From contig JBDRDM010000116.1 in NCBI GenBank assembly GCA_043820675.1, forward strand, positions 1-46,494: a stretch of DNA of 46,494 nucleotides, in the 5' to 3' direction. This document shows, piece by piece, positions 44,815 to 46,494 of the stretch. The stretch's first letter is position 1. The number at the start of each line of letters is the position of its first letter. Under the pieces are notes generated by a model. That model was not told the DNA's origin. It was given only the letters and a program-made list of their open reading frames with translations, and made no database searches. The position numbers were made by a program, and so were the translations under genes. The stretch is from Candidatus Micrarchaeota archaeon. Its GTDB lineage: Archaea > Micrarchaeota > Micrarchaeia > Norongarragalinales > SBBD01.

Positions 44815-45492
44815 ATGCAACAACAGTTAGAGCTAGCAGAATTCGTGAAGGAGCCCTCCTGGAGGGAAGTGCTACTTGAGGCCATATCGACCCAGCAGAT
44901 GAACCCCTGGGAAATCGATCTCGTGCAGGTTGCCGATGCATACCTTAGGAAGGTTCGGGAGATGCATTCCATGGATTTGCGCATCCCCGCAAACGTAATT
45001 CTTGCATCTGCCCTGCTACTAAATTACAAGGCGCAAGCCCTACAGCTAGAAGAGCCCGAGCCGCAGCCCGAACCCTTCGTTAGGCCCTTTGAAAACGAAT
45101 CCATACCCGAACTCGTCTTCAACCCCAACCTTCCGCGCTCCAGGACCATCACCCTAATCGAGCTAATCGAGGCCGTCGAGGAAGTTATGCATTATGAGCG
45201 CAGGGAGATAATCCCAAGGCAGAAAGCGGATCCGCTGCAAATAGATATGCCAAAAGAGAGCATAAACGAGCTTATGGGCTCTGTCCATGCGCGTGCAACA
45301 AAGCTTCGCGACAAGGAGAACATGGTCCTCTTTTCCGAATTGGTGAAATCATTCAACGGCCACGGCGAGGAAAAGGCATCCCTTTATGCGCGCCACCTTC
45401 CGCCTGTTCTGCATCTCATCCAGGAAGAAAAGCTCTTCGCCTGGCAGGATAGGCTTTTTGGGGAGATTTTCCTCAAAGTGCTAAGTAATTAG
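44815..45492 (+). CDS. scpA: Segregation and condensation protein A (kleisin)
   Basis: WREVLLEAISTQQMNPWEIDLVQVADAYLRKVREMHSMDLRIPANVILASALLLNYKAQAL matches the archaeal ScpA N-terminal pattern. The C-terminal part resembles a winged helix ending ...LFAWQDRLFGEIFLKV. The start may be TTG 44758 or ATG 44815. Confidence 0.78.
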   Translation: MQQQLELAEFVKEPSWREVLLEAISTQQMNPWEIDLVQVADAYLRKVREMHSMDLRIPANVILASALLLNYKAQALQLEEPEPQPEPFVRPFENESIPELVFNPNLPRSRTITLIELIEAVEEVMHYERREIIPRQKADPLQIDMPKESINELMGSVHARATKLRDKENMVLFSELVKSFNGHGEEKASLYARHLPPVLHLIQEEKLFAWQDRLFGEIFLKVLSN

Positions 45493-45502
45493 TGCTTTGG
45501 GG

Positions 45503-46066
45503 TTATTGTTTCTTTACGCCCCTAGGGCTGCGGGGAGCCGGATTTGCATCCTTACCCTTCTCAGCAAAACCCGTCTTGTATGCAGTTACCATGGCGGTAA
45601 TTATGAGTGTTCTTTGGGTCTGTGTCAGTTCCCTCTGCCTTCTTTTAACTGCAATCCAGTTACGTTTAAACACAGGCTTCATCGTATCGTGGCCAAGAAG
45701 AGATTTGGCTAGCGCATCGATTTTCGTAGAACCGGCTCCCAACGGTTCGAATTCACCCTGATTTTTCCTTTGTTCGCGACCTGTTCTCCGGTCTGTACTT
45801 AATGCCGTCAGGTCTCCACTCACAAAAAATTGCTCGCCATCACCTCCGGTTTTTTTTTCTCTGCCTTCCCTGCGCTCCGTTCCTCTCCTAGTAAAGTCCT
45901 GAAGGCCATGCAGGCCCGCATGATATGCCCTTCCTAGGATCTCATGGAATACTCGGTTATTTCTCGTTTTGCCAATAAGTGACGTTCTCAGCCAGCCTGG
46001 ATTATATGACTTTAACATTTTCTGGGCCATGCCTCTTAATTCGGTTTCCTGGGGTATTTCAGCCAT
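45503..46066 (-). CDS. Hypothetical basic protein with a disordered Arg/Glu/Gly-rich centre (187 aa)
   Basis: ATG-initiated ORF with no recognised motif. It contains an A-run (T9 on the plus strand, about 45851-45859) within the coding frame. Confidence 0.4.
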   Translation of the reverse strand: MAEIPQETELRGMAQKMLKSYNPGWLRTSLIGKTRNNRVFHEILGRAYHAGLHGLQDFTRRGTERREGREKKTGGDGEQFFVSGDLTALSTDRRTGREQRKNQGEFEPLGAGSTKIDALAKSLLGHDTMKPVFKRNWIAVKRRQRELTQTQRTLIITAMVTAYKTGFAEKGKDANPAPRSPRGVKKQ

Positions 46067-46226
46067 AATCTCACCTTTGGTAACGTTAATTTGGATTTGG
46101 TGAATTTGAGGGGCCGCACCGTTTTCCCCATCAAACGTGCCAGATCGCAGAATATACTTATAGCCAACCCAACTTATTTAAATCCCCTGCGGTTAATGGT
46201 TGCATTCCGTTGATAAGGGTGTTTTT

Positions 46227-46481
46227 ATGAAAATAAAGGACGAAGTTTTGAAGACAATAGACGCATTGAAGAAGGCGGGGTTCAATCCCGTTGATGCGGT
46301 ATTTGAGGGCGCGGTTGGCGTCAAGGAGGATACGACGCTCGCATTCATGGATAAGCTCAACGACAACCAGATGGTCTCGGGGGTTATCCGCGTGATCTAT
46401 ACCCTCAATGATGACAGCATCCGGTTCGTCGAGATCCCCGTAGGCCAAGCGCCTGAGGGCGAACCGCCAGGGAAGAAGTAG
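46227..46481 (+). CDS. Small hypothetical protein (84 aa)
   Basis: The ATG at 46227 is preceded by AAGGGTG. Its composition is more protein-like than the overlapping minus-strand ORF at 46158-46448. Confidence 0.45.
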   Translation: MKIKDEVLKTIDALKKAGFNPVDAVFEGAVGVKEDTTLAFMDKLNDNQMVSGVIRVIYTLNDDSIRFVEIPVGQAPEGEPPGKK

Positions 46482-46494
46482 CCTTTCTTTTATT

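Noticed and set aside
45529-45548. The minus-strand sequence TGCAAATCCGGCTCCCCGCA, which resembles a tRNA T-loop plus 3' acceptor strand. It could be an att-site remnant.
   Set aside because: The preceding bases do not form the complementary T-stem, no full tRNA is present, and the segment lies inside an ORF. This is too weak to call.
46158-46448. A 96-aa minus-strand ORF overlapping the 84-aa plus-strand ORF.
   Set aside because: The plus-strand frame has a good RBS (AAGGGTG) and a more globular-protein-like sequence. Only one of the two can be real. Confidence is modest either way.
1-46494. A search by eye for rRNA, tRNA, CRISPR repeats, IS elements or transposases, integrases and inteins.
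   Set aside because: None were found. There are no regularly spaced direct repeats and no T-loop/acceptor cloverleaf. No DDE or tyrosine-recombinase motifs were seen. The lengths of pyrG, thermosome and the tkt genes are normal, so an intein insertion is unlikely. A covariance-model scan would be needed to exclude small RNAs definitively.

Overview
This window reads as a tightly packed archaeal chromosomal segment. I call about 50 protein-coding genes and found no rRNA, tRNA, CRISPR array or recognisable transposase or integrase by eye. The archaeal assignment rests on a group II chaperonin (thermosome), fibrillarin, Pelota, Trm56, archaeal-type PEP carboxylase, archaeal-type riboflavin synthase, split transketolase, a class III signal-peptide pilin-like protein, TATA-box promoters about 25-35 nt upstream of starts, and GGTG-type ribosome-binding sites. 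The lineage cannot be fixed from sequence alone; an uncultivated, possibly DPANN-like archaeon is only a guess.

Housekeeping content:
- pyrG and pyrE
- a complete riboflavin cluster, ribB-ribC(archaeal)-ribH-ribA-ribD
- non-oxidative pentose-phosphate genes (rpiA, tal, tktN/tktC)
- glyoxylate/hydroxypyruvate reductase, SppA, MinD/ParA, LemA, a TrmB-family regulator and ScpA

The parts most worth a second look are envelope-related and uncharacterised:
1. A 2049-aa membrane-anchored surface giant carries about 115 N-x-S/T sequons by manual count. A second exported 550-aa protein has none.
2. A membrane-anchored DsbA-like CPYC thioredoxin lies upstream of an unrecognised polytopic membrane protein that has an intramembrane CGAC and a C-terminal CEVC. 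This pair is a candidate DsbB/VKOR-analogous disulfide-forming system.
3. A same-strand array at 41453-45492 encodes an exported protein with eight cysteines in a heptad-like C-x6-C pattern and a free-standing paralogue of its 3-TM C-terminal module. It continues with an untracked zinc-ribbon ORF, a cytoplasmic protein, an AT-rich polytopic membrane protein and an orphan kleisin (ScpA).
4. A kinase-like gene abutting pelota is split by a single frame change just before a degenerate catalytic loop.
5. Two repeat- or hairpin-rich intergenic elements (11.5 kb and 28.9 kb) could be small RNAs or operator arrays.
6. Two Cys-rich zinc-ribbon mini-ORFs fall below the ORF-track cutoff.

All functional calls come from motif recognition by eye. 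No database search, folding or composition computation was run.
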